Part shown: positions 34,207 to 44,651 of the stretch, piece by piece
Position numbering within the stretch: the stretch's first letter is position 1
Layout of the letters: every line of letters begins with the position of its first letter
Origin: Myxococcota bacterium
GTDB lineage: Bacteria; Myxococcota; JACRCW01
DNA: 59,724 bases
Direction: 5' to 3'
Assembly: GCA_040752415.1 (NCBI GenBank)
Contig: JBFMGU010000028.1
Location: 1 to 59,724, forward strand
The notes under the pieces: generated by a model
What the model saw: only the letters and a program-made list of their open reading frames with translations
What the model was told of the DNA's origin: nothing
Database searches by the model: none
Translations under genes and position numbers: made by a program

Positions 34207-37200
34207 ATGAAGCTCCGTGGCATCTCGCGCAACCTCTTGGGAATCCTGGTGATTCTGGCCGTTGGCGCATGTGACAGCGGGGTGACGGAAGACCCGGGTG
34301 ACGCGGGAGACCAGGCCGCATCCAGCAGCGGTTTCATCCGACCGAACAACAGCAGCGGGGTGGTCAACTCCTCAACCGGGGGGAGCACCAGCGGCGGGTC
34401 GTCGTCCAATGGCGGGAGCAGCAGCGGGGTGGCCTCCAGCGGCGGCGGCAGCTCGTCGGACGGGGGCACGTCTTCCGGCGGGGGCTCCTCGGGATCCACG
34501 TCCTCGGGGGGCCCGGGAGAGCCGCTGGCGTGCAACAAGACCTGCTCCGCGCCCTCGGACTGCGCGGGGTTCGGCGCGTTGATGGACGCCGACAACTGGG
34601 AGTGCGCGCAGGGCCTGTGCGACTACCTGGGCTGCCTGACGGACGGCGAGTGCTCCTCCACGGTGGGCGCCGGCTACGTCTGCGGTGACGACGGCGCGTG
34701 CGTGAAGACCTGCACCACGGTCACCGAGTGCGCCTCCTCCGCCGGTCAGCTGTTTGGCGAGGACAACTGGTCCTGCGAGTCCAACACCTGCCGCTACCTG
34801 GGCTGCAACTCCGACGACGAGTGCGCCGCCGACAATGGCGCCAACTACGTGTGTCGCGCGGGAGCGTGCGTGCGGAGCTGCACCGGTGCCTCCGACTGCG
34901 CCTTCGACGGAACCCAGGCCAACGACGCCGACAACTGGGCCTGCACGGGCGGCCTGTGCGAGTACCTGGGGTGCAACACCACCTCGGAGTGCCAGGCGGA
35001 CCTGGGAAATGCGTACGTGTGCGGGGAGAACGGCGGTGGGGCCAGCTCGTCGTCCTCATCGGGCGGCGGCGGGTCCTCCTCGTCGGGCGGAGGGAACGGC
35101 TCCAGCAGCAGTGGCAACCCGGGGTCCTCCAGCGGTGGGCCGGGCTCGTCGTCGAGCAGCGGCGGGGGCGGCAGCTCCTCCTCGGGTGACCCGAACTGCC
35201 AGTTTCCGGCCGGCGACTCCGACGCGGACAACATCCCGAACGACGTGGAAGCCTGCGCGGACCCCGATGGCGACAACGTTCCCGCCTACCTGGACGACGA
35301 CGCCGACGGCGACGGCCTCCTGGACATCAACGAGCTCCTTACCGACAGCGACGGCGACGGTCAGCTCAACAGCCTGGACTCCGACAGCGACAACGACGGC
35401 CTTGGCGACGGCGCCGAGGGGCCGCTGGGAACCAATCCCTACAATGCTGACTCCGACGGGGACGACCTGCTGGACGGCGACGAGGTGAACACCTACGGCA
35501 CCAATCCCGCGTCCCGGAACACCGACGGGGACGCGTATGATGACAACGTGGAGGTGGCGCTTGGCACCGACCCCACCACGGTCACCAACCCCGGCGACCC
35601 GGGCGCCCCGGAGTTCTTCTTCGTCCTGCCGGTGCGCGGGCTGGAGCAAAATGACGACCTCCCCTTCTCGACGAACCTGCGCCAGGCAGATGTGCACATC
35701 AACATCGACACCACGTTCAGCATGGACGGAGAAATCGTGAATCTCCGTCAGGCCCTGTCCAACACCATCATCCCGGGGATCAACGACCAGGTCGCGGACG
35801 TGGGCTTCGGCGTCAGCAAGTTCGAGGACTTCCCGATGGGCACCGACCCCATCGAATACACCGCGGACGGCATCACGCTTTTCGGCGGCTACGGTTCCGC
35901 CAACGAGCTGTTCCTCAACGCGTTCTTCAACGTCTACAACGGTTTCAACGCAGCGCAGGCCTACTCGGCGGGACTGGCGGCGGGCACCGGAAACGCCACG
36001 GATGACAAGCCGTTCGAGCTCATCCAGCGCATCACCACGAATGAGGTGTTGGCGCAGCAGGCTGTCGACGCGCTGGTGCTTGGACTCGGTGGCGACGGAC
36101 CGGAGAGCGGGTTCGAGTCCCTGCGCCAGATCGCCACGGGCTCAGGCATCACCTATCCGCGCGACCCGAGCGCGAAGGAGTTCCTTGAGTACTACGTGAA
36201 CAACAACGGGAACCTCCCGCCGGCCACGTACTTCAGCGACAACGAACGCACTGGCGTCGTCGCCCCGTTCGACGGCAACGCCGCCGGTGAGGGGACCATC
36301 GGCGGCGTGGGCTTCCGCTCCGGGTCGCTTCCCATCGTCTTGCACATCACGGACATCCTGAGCCACGAACAGCAGCACTATCTGGGTCGTGACGACAACG
36401 GGAACCCCATTCCCGAGCCCGCACAGGGTTTCCACGGCAACGTCTTCTGCGGTACCGGCGCTGGAAACCGCGACGCGGTCGGCTGCAGCCCCAGTCCCGC
36501 GTCGCAGTCGGAGACCGTGGCGGCCCTGCAGGGCATTCGCGCCCGCGTGATTGGCGTCGGAACCGTGGACCCGCAGCTTCCCCCGGAATTCGACCCGCGC
36601 CCCCAGCTTGAATCCATTGCGAACGCCACGGGCGCCGTGGTGCCCGCGTGCTCCTTCGACTTCGCCGCCGGTGGTCGGCCCGCAGGATGCGCCGTGGGAC
36701 AATGCTGCACCGGCATCAATGGCGCGGGCCGTGCGGCCAACGCAGGACAGTGTCCGCTTGTCTACGACTCCGCCGCGGATGGCAGCGGGCTTGCCGGAAC
36801 CATCGTCACTGGCGTCACCACCCTCGTGGACTTCTCCACCAACACCGTCACCGCGCGCGTCGTCGGTGAGCCGGCGGTGGACGCGTTCAACACCCCCGTG
36901 GACACCGCGTGTTTCATCAAGCGCGTGGTCCCCACCAGCGCCACCAACCCCTACCCCGGCTGCGCCCCGGACGCCGTGCCCGCGGACCTCTCCCCCGTCG
37001 ACGGCGTCAACGACTCCTTCACATCCGTCACCCCCGGCGCGACCATCGCGTTTGACGTGGTGGCGCAGAACCTGAACGCCGCCGGCACGGACCCCTGCGC
37101 GCGCGCCGACGTGGACCCGCTGATCTTCTCCGCCACCATCCAGGTCGTGGCCGACAACGTCACCGTCCTCGACGAGCAGCAGGTGGTCATCGTGGTTCCG

Positions 37201-37218
37201 CCGGGGGATGGCGCCTGA
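34207..37218 (+). CDS. Large lipoprotein adhesin, CglD/beta-integrin-like: Cys-rich repeats, TSP3-like Ca-binding repeats, VWA domain
   Basis: AVGAC lipobox; Ser/Gly linkers; 3 Cys-rich repeats; D-x-D-x-D-G-x-x-D repeats; DTTFSM MIDAS-like, GFGVSKFEDFP, DGPESGFESLRQ, GVGFRSGSLPIVLHITD; start ATG 34207 after GGGAGA. Confidence 0.82.
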   Translation: MKLRGISRNLLGILVILAVGACDSGVTEDPGDAGDQAASSSGFIRPNNSSGVVNSSTGGSTSGGSSSNGGSSSGVASSGGGSSSDGGTSSGGGSSGSTSSGGPGEPLACNKTCSAPSDCAGFGALMDADNWECAQGLCDYLGCLTDGECSSTVGAGYVCGDDGACVKTCTTVTECASSAGQLFGEDNWSCESNTCRYLGCNSDDECAADNGANYVCRAGACVRSCTGASDCAFDGTQANDADNWACTGGLCEYLGCNTTSECQADLGNAYVCGENGGGASSSSSSGGGGSSSSGGGNGSSSSGNPGSSSGGPGSSSSSGGGGSSSSGDPNCQFPAGDSDADNIPNDVEACADPDGDNVPAYLDDDADGDGLLDINELLTDSDGDGQLNSLDSDSDNDGLGDGAEGPLGTNPYNADSDGDDLLDGDEVNTYGTNPASRNTDGDAYDDNVEVALGTDPTTVTNPGDPGAPEFFFVLPVRGLEQNDDLPFSTNLRQADVHINIDTTFSMDGEIVNLRQALSNTIIPGINDQVADVGFGVSKFEDFPMGTDPIEYTADGITLFGGYGSANELFLNAFFNVYNGFNAAQAYSAGLAAGTGNATDDKPFELIQRITTNEVLAQQAVDALVLGLGGDGPESGFESLRQIATGSGITYPRDPSAKEFLEYYVNNNGNLPPATYFSDNERTGVVAPFDGNAAGEGTIGGVGFRSGSLPIVLHITDILSHEQQHYLGRDDNGNPIPEPAQGFHGNVFCGTGAGNRDAVGCSPSPASQSETVAALQGIRARVIGVGTVDPQLPPEFDPRPQLESIANATGAVVPACSFDFAAGGRPAGCAVGQCCTGINGAGRAANAGQCPLVYDSAADGSGLAGTIVTGVTTLVDFSTNTVTARVVGEPAVDAFNTPVDTACFIKRVVPTSATNPYPGCAPDAVPADLSPVDGVNDSFTSVTPGATIAFDVVAQNLNAAGTDPCARADVDPLIFSATIQVVADNVTVLDEQQVVIVVPPGDGA

Positions 37219-37928
37219 TGCACACCCGCTCGCTGTGGGGGGCTCCCGGCGGAATCGGCCTTGGCCACCCCGCTGATGACGTCACACGCAAGGACCTGCT
37301 GACGGCGGTGGAGCGGCTCGGCGTGGAGCTGGATGCCCTGCCCGTCCACCTCGCGTCCCTCGTCCAGGAGCTGCACAACGCGTACGGCGAAGTGGAACGC
37401 ATGCGGGAAGCCATGGGCCCGGACCGCATGGATGCCGACGAGAGACGCCAGGAGCTCCGTCGGGCCGCGGCCCTGGCCGGCGTGACCCTCCAGCGCGAGT
37501 ACGCCCACCTGGGCACGTGGTTCGCCCCGGCGGATCCGGAGGCGGAGTCGTTCCTTCCCGCGCAGCACATGAACCCGCGCGCCACGTCGCTGGAGAAACG
37601 CGTGGCCCGGCTGGATGCGCTGCGCCAGGCCTACCTGGACCACCCCCACCTCCCCGACGCCGAGACACGCGCGCAAAGGCTGAAGGACGCCTCGGTGCGA
37701 CTCTTCCGCGCGCAGATGGGCGCCATGGGTGCAGGCCAGGAGCCCGTCCCCCTCGCCGAGGCGCGACAGCTCTTTGACCGCACCTACGTCACCCTCCGCG
37801 ACAGCGTTCGCGCCCTGCGCGTGCTCCCCAATGACAAGTTGGTCCGTGTGTTCCCGGATCTGGATCCTGGTTGGCGTCAGGCGGACCTGGAGCGGACCGC
37901 CTCGCAGCCCGACGCGGTTGGGCCGTGA
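37218..37928 (+). CDS. Hypothetical helical protein
   Basis: TGATG coupling to the adhesin gene; GC3-biased codons; no recognisable motif. Confidence 0.6.
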   Translation: MHTRSLWGAPGGIGLGHPADDVTRKDLLTAVERLGVELDALPVHLASLVQELHNAYGEVERMREAMGPDRMDADERRQELRRAAALAGVTLQREYAHLGTWFAPADPEAESFLPAQHMNPRATSLEKRVARLDALRQAYLDHPHLPDAETRAQRLKDASVRLFRAQMGAMGAGQEPVPLAEARQLFDRTYVTLRDSVRALRVLPNDKLVRVFPDLDPGWRQADLERTASQPDAVGP

Positions 37929-37980
37929 TACGTGGCGCGGATCGGGCGGCGGTCGGTATAGGGCGGCGCGGAGGAAGCTC

Positions 37981-39681
37981 GTGCAGAGGCGTTGGCAACA
38001 GAGGCCGTTGGTGGGGGATCCGACGGCGTTGAGTCGGGAGCTGGGCATCCCGGCGCTGTTGGCCACTCACCTGTGCCTGCGGGGCCTGACGGATCCGGGC
38101 GAGGCGGAGCGCTTCCTGGATCCGCGCCTGGGCCACATGCTGGATCCCAAGCTCATGGCAGGGATGGACAAGGCGGTGGAGCGCCTGGTCCGCGCGGTGC
38201 GCAACAAGGAGCGCGTTGCCCTGTACGGGGACTACGACGTCGACGGCGTCACCAGCACCACCCTCATGACCCTGGTCCTGCGCCGCTTTGGCCTGGATCC
38301 CATCCAGCACATCCCCCACCGGATCCGCGACGGATACGGCCTCAATCACAACGCCGTACGCTTGCTGAAGGAGCGGGGCGCGTCGCTGATTGTGACGTTG
38401 GATTGCGGGGTCACCGCGGTGGAGGAGGTCAAGGCCGCGGTGGACCTGGGTGTCGACGTCATTGTCGTTGACCACCACACCGTCCCGGTGACGCTCCCGC
38501 CCGCGGTGGCCGTCCTCAACCCCCACCGCCCCGACTGCGCCTTCCCCTTCAAGCAGCTCTGCGCCGTGGGCGTGGCGTTCTACGTCTGCGTGGCCCTTCG
38601 CACCGCGCTGCGCGCCGCCGGCCTGGCCGGCCCGGACGGAGGCCCCGACCTGCGCGACTACCTGGACCTGGTGGCGCTGGGCACGGTGGCGGACCTGGTG
38701 CCGCTGCGCGGGGAGAACCGCATGCTCGTGGCGCACGGGCTCCGGATCCTGGCGCAGGCACGTCGACACGGGATTGCGGCGCTGCTGGACGTGAGCCGCA
38801 TTCGTCGGGAGGACGTGGATGCGGGCAGCGTGGCGTTCCAGCTGGGACCGCGCATCAACGCCGCGGGGCGACTCCAGGACGCCATGGTGGGCGTGCAATG
38901 TCTCCTCGCCGAGGACCGGCTCACCGCCGACCGGCTGGCGACGCAGCTGGACGCGGAGAATCGCGCTCGGCGGGCGGAGCAGCAGCGGGTCATCGACGAG
39001 GCCCTGACCCGCGTTGCCGACGAGCCCATCCACCACGACGCCCGCGCCCTGGTCCTCTACGACGAGGGCTGGCACCCCGGCGTGGTGGGCATTGCCGCGC
39101 AGAAGATGGTGGAGCAGTTCCACCGGCCCAGCGTGCTGATTGGGGCGGGGGGCATCGGGAGTGGTCGCAGCATCGAGGCGTTCCACCTGCACCAGGCGCT
39201 GGCCAAGACCGGTGAGCACCTGCGGGGCTTTGGCGGCCATGCCCACGCCGCCGGCCTGCGGATTGCAGCCCAAAATGTGGACGCCTTCCGGCGGGCGCTC
39301 TATCAACATGCCAGCGAAGTGTTGAAGCCGGAGGACCTGACGCCGGCCGCCCACCATGATGGCCCGCTCTCGGCGGAACATCTGACGGATGACACCGTGG
39401 ATACCCTGCAGCGTGCTGCGCCGTTTGGTCGAGGGAATGCCGAGCCGTGCTTCCTGCTGACGGGGCTGCCGGTGGCGCAGACGCGCGTGGTGGGCAAGGA
39501 CCATCTCCAGCTGGAGTTCACCCGCAACCTGCGCGGCATCGCCTTCCGCATGGCCGAGCGCGCCGAGGAGCTCCGCGGCCCGGTGGAGTTCCTGGCCACC
39601 CCCGAGCACAACACCTGGCGCGGCGTGCGTCGCTTGAATGTGCGGGTGCGAGACTTCCGGCCCGTCGGGGTGCCCGCATGA
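37981..39681 (+). CDS. recJ: Single-stranded-DNA exonuclease RecJ
   Basis: YGDYDVDG, DGYGL, TLDCG, VDHH, ALGTVADLVPL, GPRINAAGR, WHPGVVGI, GGHAHAAG, APFGRGN; start GTG 37981 after GGAGG. Confidence 0.95.
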   Translation: MQRRWQQRPLVGDPTALSRELGIPALLATHLCLRGLTDPGEAERFLDPRLGHMLDPKLMAGMDKAVERLVRAVRNKERVALYGDYDVDGVTSTTLMTLVLRRFGLDPIQHIPHRIRDGYGLNHNAVRLLKERGASLIVTLDCGVTAVEEVKAAVDLGVDVIVVDHHTVPVTLPPAVAVLNPHRPDCAFPFKQLCAVGVAFYVCVALRTALRAAGLAGPDGGPDLRDYLDLVALGTVADLVPLRGENRMLVAHGLRILAQARRHGIAALLDVSRIRREDVDAGSVAFQLGPRINAAGRLQDAMVGVQCLLAEDRLTADRLATQLDAENRARRAEQQRVIDEALTRVADEPIHHDARALVLYDEGWHPGVVGIAAQKMVEQFHRPSVLIGAGGIGSGRSIEAFHLHQALAKTGEHLRGFGGHAHAAGLRIAAQNVDAFRRALYQHASEVLKPEDLTPAAHHDGPLSAEHLTDDTVDTLQRAAPFGRGNAEPCFLLTGLPVAQTRVVGKDHLQLEFTRNLRGIAFRMAERAEELRGPVEFLATPEHNTWRGVRRLNVRVRDFRPVGVPA

Positions 39682-40430
39682 ACCTGCGCCCCGCATTGCC
39701 CCTGCTGGTGGCCCTGGCGTTTGCAGCGCCGGTGGTGGCGCCCGCGCAGGAAGGCGGCGAGGAAGACGTCACCCCGGAGGACCCCAAGGCATTTGCCAAG
39801 ACGCCAGAAGGACTTTGGGAGCAGGTCGACAACTTCTACTTGAACAAGCAGTGGATTCAGACCTGCGCTCGCCTGGACCGCCTGCGTGAGCTGGGCGAGA
39901 GCCTCAAGAAGAAGAAGCAGAAGGCCGGCTACGCCTACATCCGCTGCGCGGCCATCCACATGAAGCTCAAGAATCTCAACGCGGTGGACAACGCCCTGGA
40001 GCTCTCCAAGGAGCTCATTGGCGACCACCCCGACCGTCGTCCCGTGGAGGCCGAGCTGCACCGCCTGCTGGCCCGCACCTCGCTGGAGAAGAAGGACCTT
40101 TCCCAGGCCCTGGCCCACTTCGAGATTGCCGCGGCCAAGCACGCCGACGAGCGCAAGGAGACCGACGCCTCCCTGCTGCTCAGCAAGTACGCCTCCGCCC
40201 GCTACGACGAGGGCAACGCCAAGGAAGCCCAGGAAGCCGTCAACGCGGCGCTGATGTACTACCCGGAGAACCGCGACGCGCTGAAGCTCAAGGACGCCAT
40301 GGCCAATCGCGGCAAGGCCGTCTACTTCATTGGCGGAATCGGTCTGCTCGTGGTGGTGCTGGCGGTGGTGGTCCTGGCCCGACGTCGTCCCCAGGCCAGC
40401 TACGACCCGTACGACCCCTACGCGACCTGA
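39678..40430 (+). CDS. Exported TPR-like protein with C-terminal membrane anchor
   Basis: Signal peptide MNLRPALPLLVALAFAAP, TPR-like helices, C-terminal TM helix followed by RRR; ATGA overlap with recJ. Confidence 0.7.
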   Translation: MNLRPALPLLVALAFAAPVVAPAQEGGEEDVTPEDPKAFAKTPEGLWEQVDNFYLNKQWIQTCARLDRLRELGESLKKKKQKAGYAYIRCAAIHMKLKNLNAVDNALELSKELIGDHPDRRPVEAELHRLLARTSLEKKDLSQALAHFEIAAAKHADERKETDASLLLSKYASARYDEGNAKEAQEAVNAALMYYPENRDALKLKDAMANRGKAVYFIGGIGLLVVVLAVVVLARRRPQASYDPYDPYAT

Positions 40431-40751
40431 AGAGCACCTTCGCGGCGCCGCGAATCCTTGCGCGGGCGCAGGTGTTCGCGACGACGCCTGAACCCTTGCT
40501 TGACCACCACCGTGAGCCGCTCGACCCTCGCGCTCAGCAAGGTCAGCTGTCTCGTGGCGTCGCGCTGCGCACGTTCCAGATCCTCGAAGCGGGAGTCCCA
40601 TCCCCCAAACCTGCACCACAAACTGAAGCGGTTGCGCGCTCGCGTTCACGTCTCACCCGGAAACCACAACGCGCGCCGCCGTCGTCTGTTGACACCCCAT
40701 GACGCAGGGCGTTAACCGTGAACGCAACCCACTGACTTCGAGGGAAGACGC

Positions 40752-41189
40752 ATGGCAGCCAGCCCGGGAAATCCGTCGGACAAGACGCCTCCTGAGGCGG
40801 ACGCTGACGCCACGCAGGACGCCAAGACCGCGGAGGTCCTCAAGGAGGCCTGGCAGGCCACCCTCGGGGCGTTGGGGAGCGCGGAGGAGGAGACGCACGC
40901 GCTGCTGGGTCGCCTGGTGGGGCTGGGGAAGCTCAACCGCGAGGACGGCGCGCGCATGTTCAATGACGTCCTCAAGCTGGTGGAGACCCGGCGCAATGAG
41001 CTGGAGGACCGCGTCAACAAGAGCGTCCTGGGCGCCATGAAGCGGCTCACCATCCCCACGCGCGAGGAGCTCAGCGAGGTGGCGCAGAAGCTGGCCGAGC
41101 TGGAGCGTCGCGTGGAAGCGCTGGACGACGCCACGCCCCCGCCCCCCAAGGAGCTCCGCGCTCCCAGGAAGCGCGCCAAGGCCCGTTGA
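40752..41189 (+). CDS. Phasin-family (PhaF/PhaI-like) granule-associated protein
   Basis: AWQATLGALGSAEEE...LVGLGKL...LTIPTREELSEVAQKLAELERRVE, basic tail. Confidence 0.72.
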   Translation: MAASPGNPSDKTPPEADADATQDAKTAEVLKEAWQATLGALGSAEEETHALLGRLVGLGKLNREDGARMFNDVLKLVETRRNELEDRVNKSVLGAMKRLTIPTREELSEVAQKLAELERRVEALDDATPPPPKELRAPRKRAKAR

Positions 41190-41962
41190 TGCTGGTGGAC
41201 GCGCACTGTCACGTCGACGACCCCAAGTTCGACGGTGACCGCCCGGAGATGCTCCGCCGCGCCCGGGAAGCCGGGGTCACCCACTTCGTCACCGTGGGTT
41301 GTGAGCCCGCCACCTTGGACCGCGCGCAATCCCTGGCGCACGTGCACTCCGACGTGTGGTGCACCGTGGGCATCCACCCCCACAACGCCGCGGAGGTCAC
41401 CAACGACTTCCTGGACGCCCTGGAGCCCCGCTACGCCGACCCGCGCGTGGTGGCCGTGGGGGAATGCGGCCTGGACTTCTATTACGACAACTCCCCGCGT
41501 GAACGGCAGAAGGAGGTCTTCGCGCGACAGGTGGCCCTCGCCCGTCGGGTGCGTAAACCGCTGATGATCCACGTGCGGGACGCGTACGAAGAGCTCTACG
41601 ACATCCTCGTCGCCGAGAAAGCGCGCGAGGTGGGCGGTATCATCCACTGCTTCACCGGCACGTGGGCGTGGGGGAAGAAGGCGCTGGACCTGGGCTTCGA
41701 CCTCTCCATTCCCGGCGTGGTGACCTTTGCCAAGCCCGGTGAGCTGCCCGACGTGGTCCGCGAAGCCCCACTGGACCGGCTGCTCACCGAGACCGACAGC
41801 CCCTACCTGGCGCCCGTGCCCCACCGCGGAAAGCGTAATGAGCCCGCGTTCGTGGCGTGCGTGGCGGATCACATGGCGGAGCTGCGGGGAATGCCAGCGG
41901 CGGAGCTGCGCCACCAGACGGCTCTCAACGCCATCCGGCGGCTGGGGCTTCAGGCGGGCTGA
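41189..41962 (+). CDS. tatD: TatD family deoxyribonuclease
   Basis: [43 protein letters not shown]. Confidence 0.94.
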   Translation: MLVDAHCHVDDPKFDGDRPEMLRRAREAGVTHFVTVGCEPATLDRAQSLAHVHSDVWCTVGIHPHNAAEVTNDFLDALEPRYADPRVVAVGECGLDFYYDNSPRERQKEVFARQVALARRVRKPLMIHVRDAYEELYDILVAEKAREVGGIIHCFTGTWAWGKKALDLGFDLSIPGVVTFAKPGELPDVVREAPLDRLLTETDSPYLAPVPHRGKRNEPAFVACVADHMAELRGMPAAELRHQTALNAIRRLGLQAG

Positions 41963-42339
41963 GGCGTGTTGGAGCTGCCTCCCGGCTCAGAAGAGGTGGC
42001 CGGGGCGGCGGGGGGTGGGGTGGAGTCGCGGTCGTCGTCGGTGTCCGGCTGCAGCGGGGCGGTGCTGTGGTCCACCCGCTCCCGGAGCTCCTTGCCCACC
42101 TTGAAGAACGGGACGCGCTTGGCCGGCACGTCAATGGGCTCGCCGCTGCGCGGGTTCCGGCCCTTGTACGCCCCGTACTTCTTGGTGACGAAGCTGCCAA
42201 ACCCCCGGACCTCAATGCGGTCATCCCGCTTGAGCGCGTCCACGAGCATGTCGAAGACGAGGTCCACCACCTGCTCCGCCTTCTTGCGTGGCAGCTTCCT
42301 CTTCTCCGCAATCACGTCCACCAGCTTGCTCTTGTTCAT
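41950..42339 (-). CDS. ihfB: HU/IHF family DNA-binding protein (IHF-beta-like) with acidic/Pro-rich tail
   Basis: MNKSKLV...[10 protein letters not shown]...GRNPRSGE...[14 protein letters not shown]. Confidence 0.85.
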   Translation of the reverse strand: MNKSKLVDVIAEKRKLPRKKAEQVVDLVFDMLVDALKRDDRIEVRGFGSFVTKKYGAYKGRNPRSGEPIDVPAKRVPFFKVGKELRERVDHSTAPLQPDTDDDRDSTPPPAAPATSSEPGGSSNTPQPA

Positions 42340-42558
42340 CCCGACCCCGTCGCGCCCCTGACCCCAGCGCGGGACGCCCACGCTCTGGTCCAGACCGCCT
42401 GTTGTGAATGCTTGGTGAGCGGAGAAGCCCCCGTCAAGCCTGCCGCCGTCCCCCCAACGGGTTATGGCGCGCTTGCCTCGCCCATGCCGGGCGTGTCATG
42501 GCGCCTCCCCTTTTGCCTGAGCTCCAGGCTTCCCTGTCACGAGAAGAAGGACCCCGCT

Positions 42559-44385
42559 GTGCCCCGTCGTTCCGATATCCGAAACATCGCCATCGTTGCC
42601 CACGTTGACCACGGCAAGACCACCCTGGTGGACGCCATGCTCCGCCAGAGCGGCATCTTCCGAGCCCATGAGCAGGTTGGCGAGCGCGTGATGGACTCGC
42701 TGGCGCTCGAGCGTGAGCGCGGCATCACCATCATGGCCAAGAACACGGGCGTCTTCTACAAGGACACGCGCATCAACATCATCGACACGCCGGGCCACGC
42801 CGATTTTGGCGGTGAGGTCGAGCGCACGCTGATGATGGTGGACGGCATCCTCCTCCTCGTCGACGCCGCGGAAGGTCCGCTCCCCCAGACGCGCTTCATC
42901 CTGCAGAAGGCCATGGGCCTGCACCTGCCGGTTGTCGTCGTCATCAACAAGATCGACCGCGCCGACGCGCGCCCCGCCGAGGTCCTGGACGAGGTGTACA
43001 GCCTGTTCATCAACCTGGGCGCCTCCGACGAGCTCATTGAGTTCCCGGTGGTCTACTGCGTCTCCCGCGAGGGCACCGCCACGATGGACCTCAAGGTCCC
43101 GGGCAAGGACCTGCAGCCGCTGTTCGAGACCATCATGAAGCACCTGCCGGGGCCGGAAGCCGACGTGGACGCGCCCCTGCAGCTCCGCGTCAACCACCTG
43201 GACTACAACGACTACGTGGGCCGCCTGGCCATTGGTCGTGTGCACAACGGGCGCGTGAAGCCCAACACGCCGGTCATCCTGTGCGGCCGTGACGGCACCA
43301 CCACCAACGCCAAGCTCACCCACGTCTACACCTACGTGGGCCTCAAGCGCACCGACGCCGACGAGGCCAAGGCCGGCGACATCGTCTGCGTGGCAGGCGT
43401 GGAAGACCTCTCCATTGGCGACACCATCTGCAACGTGGACCAGCCCAAGCCGCTCCCGCGCATCGCCGTGGACGAGCCCACGCTGGCCATGATGTTTGGC
43501 GTCAATGACGGGCCCTTCGCCGGCAAGGACGGGAAGTATGTGACGTCGCGCCAGCTGCGTGAGCGCCTGATGCGGGAGGCACGCAACAACGTGTCCATCC
43601 GCGTGCTGGAGACGGAGCTGCCCGACCGGTTCAAAGTGGTGGGTCGTGGGGAGCTGCAGCTGGCGATTGTCATCGAGACGATGCGTCGGGAGGGGTATGA
43701 GCTGACGGTGTCCCGTCCCGAGGTGGTCATCAAGGAGATCGACGGGCACCAGCATGAGCCGGTGGAGCTCGTCAGCCTGGACATCCCGGACACGGCCATG
43801 GGCGCGGTCACCGAGGCGCTGGGCCCCCGCAAGGGCCAGATGCTGAAGATGGATCCGCCCGCGGGTGGTCGGGTGCGGTTGGAGTACCGGGTGCCCACGC
43901 GCGGTCTCATTGGCTTCCGTGGTCAGTTCCTGACCCTGACCCGCGGCCTGGGCATCATGAACGCCATCTTTGACGGGTGGCAGCCCTACCAGGGCGAGAT
44001 TCCTGGCCGAATGAGCGGCGCGCTGGTGGCCGACCGCGTGGGCGTGACGACGCCATACGCGATCTATCACCTGCAACCTCGTGGCGTGATCTTCATCGCC
44101 CCCGGCACCGACGTGTACGAGGGCATGATCGTGGGTGAGCACAACCGCGAGAACGACCTGGACGTGAACGTGGTCCGCGAGAAGAAGCTGACCAACATCC
44201 GCGCGGCCGGTCGCGACGAGAACATCATCCTGGTTCCTCCGCGGGTGCTCTCCCTGGAGCAGGCGCTGGGCTTCATTGACAGCGACGAGCTCGTGGAGGT
44301 CACGCCCAAGAACATGCGGCTGCGCAAGAAGATCCTGGCCGCCAACAAGCGCCCCCGTCCGTCCAAGAAGGAAGACGAGGAGTGA
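42559..44385 (+). CDS. typA: Translational GTPase TypA/BipA
   Basis: [71 protein letters not shown]; start GTG 42559. Confidence 0.96.
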   Translation: MPRRSDIRNIAIVAHVDHGKTTLVDAMLRQSGIFRAHEQVGERVMDSLALERERGITIMAKNTGVFYKDTRINIIDTPGHADFGGEVERTLMMVDGILLLVDAAEGPLPQTRFILQKAMGLHLPVVVVINKIDRADARPAEVLDEVYSLFINLGASDELIEFPVVYCVSREGTATMDLKVPGKDLQPLFETIMKHLPGPEADVDAPLQLRVNHLDYNDYVGRLAIGRVHNGRVKPNTPVILCGRDGTTTNAKLTHVYTYVGLKRTDADEAKAGDIVCVAGVEDLSIGDTICNVDQPKPLPRIAVDEPTLAMMFGVNDGPFAGKDGKYVTSRQLRERLMREARNNVSIRVLETELPDRFKVVGRGELQLAIVIETMRREGYELTVSRPEVVIKEIDGHQHEPVELVSLDIPDTAMGAVTEALGPRKGQMLKMDPPAGGRVRLEYRVPTRGLIGFRGQFLTLTRGLGIMNAIFDGWQPYQGEIPGRMSGALVADRVGVTTPYAIYHLQPRGVIFIAPGTDVYEGMIVGEHNRENDLDVNVVREKKLTNIRAAGRDENIILVPPRVLSLEQALGFIDSDELVEVTPKNMRLRKKILAANKRPRPSKKEDEE

Positions 44386-44424
44386 GCCCTGGCGCCCCTG
44401 CCCTCACGGCGTCATCATGAGGGC

Positions 44425-44628
44425 ATGAGGGCGCAGCCCTGGACGTCCGCGGCACCGATGGCCCTGGAATACCGGGGCGCTCCGCGTTTCCGCATTCCAT
44501 GGCGCAAGCCCGTGGTGACGGCGTTGCTCGTGGTGGCGGCGCTGATCCTGGCGCTCCGTTCTCCCGCTCCGGCCTCCAACATGTCCGTGGGGTCCCAGGG
44601 CGGCCCGCCGCAGCACAGCGGGAGCTAG
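44425..44628 (+). CDS. Small putative membrane peptide (alternative start ATG 44458)
   Basis: Basic stretch then hydrophobic VVTALLVVAALILAL; fills the gap after typA. Confidence 0.35.
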   Translation: MRAQPWTSAAPMALEYRGAPRFRIPWRKPVVTALLVVAALILALRSPAPASNMSVGSQGGPPQHSGS

Positions 44629-44651
44629 GACCCGCGAGGTCACCTTGTGCT

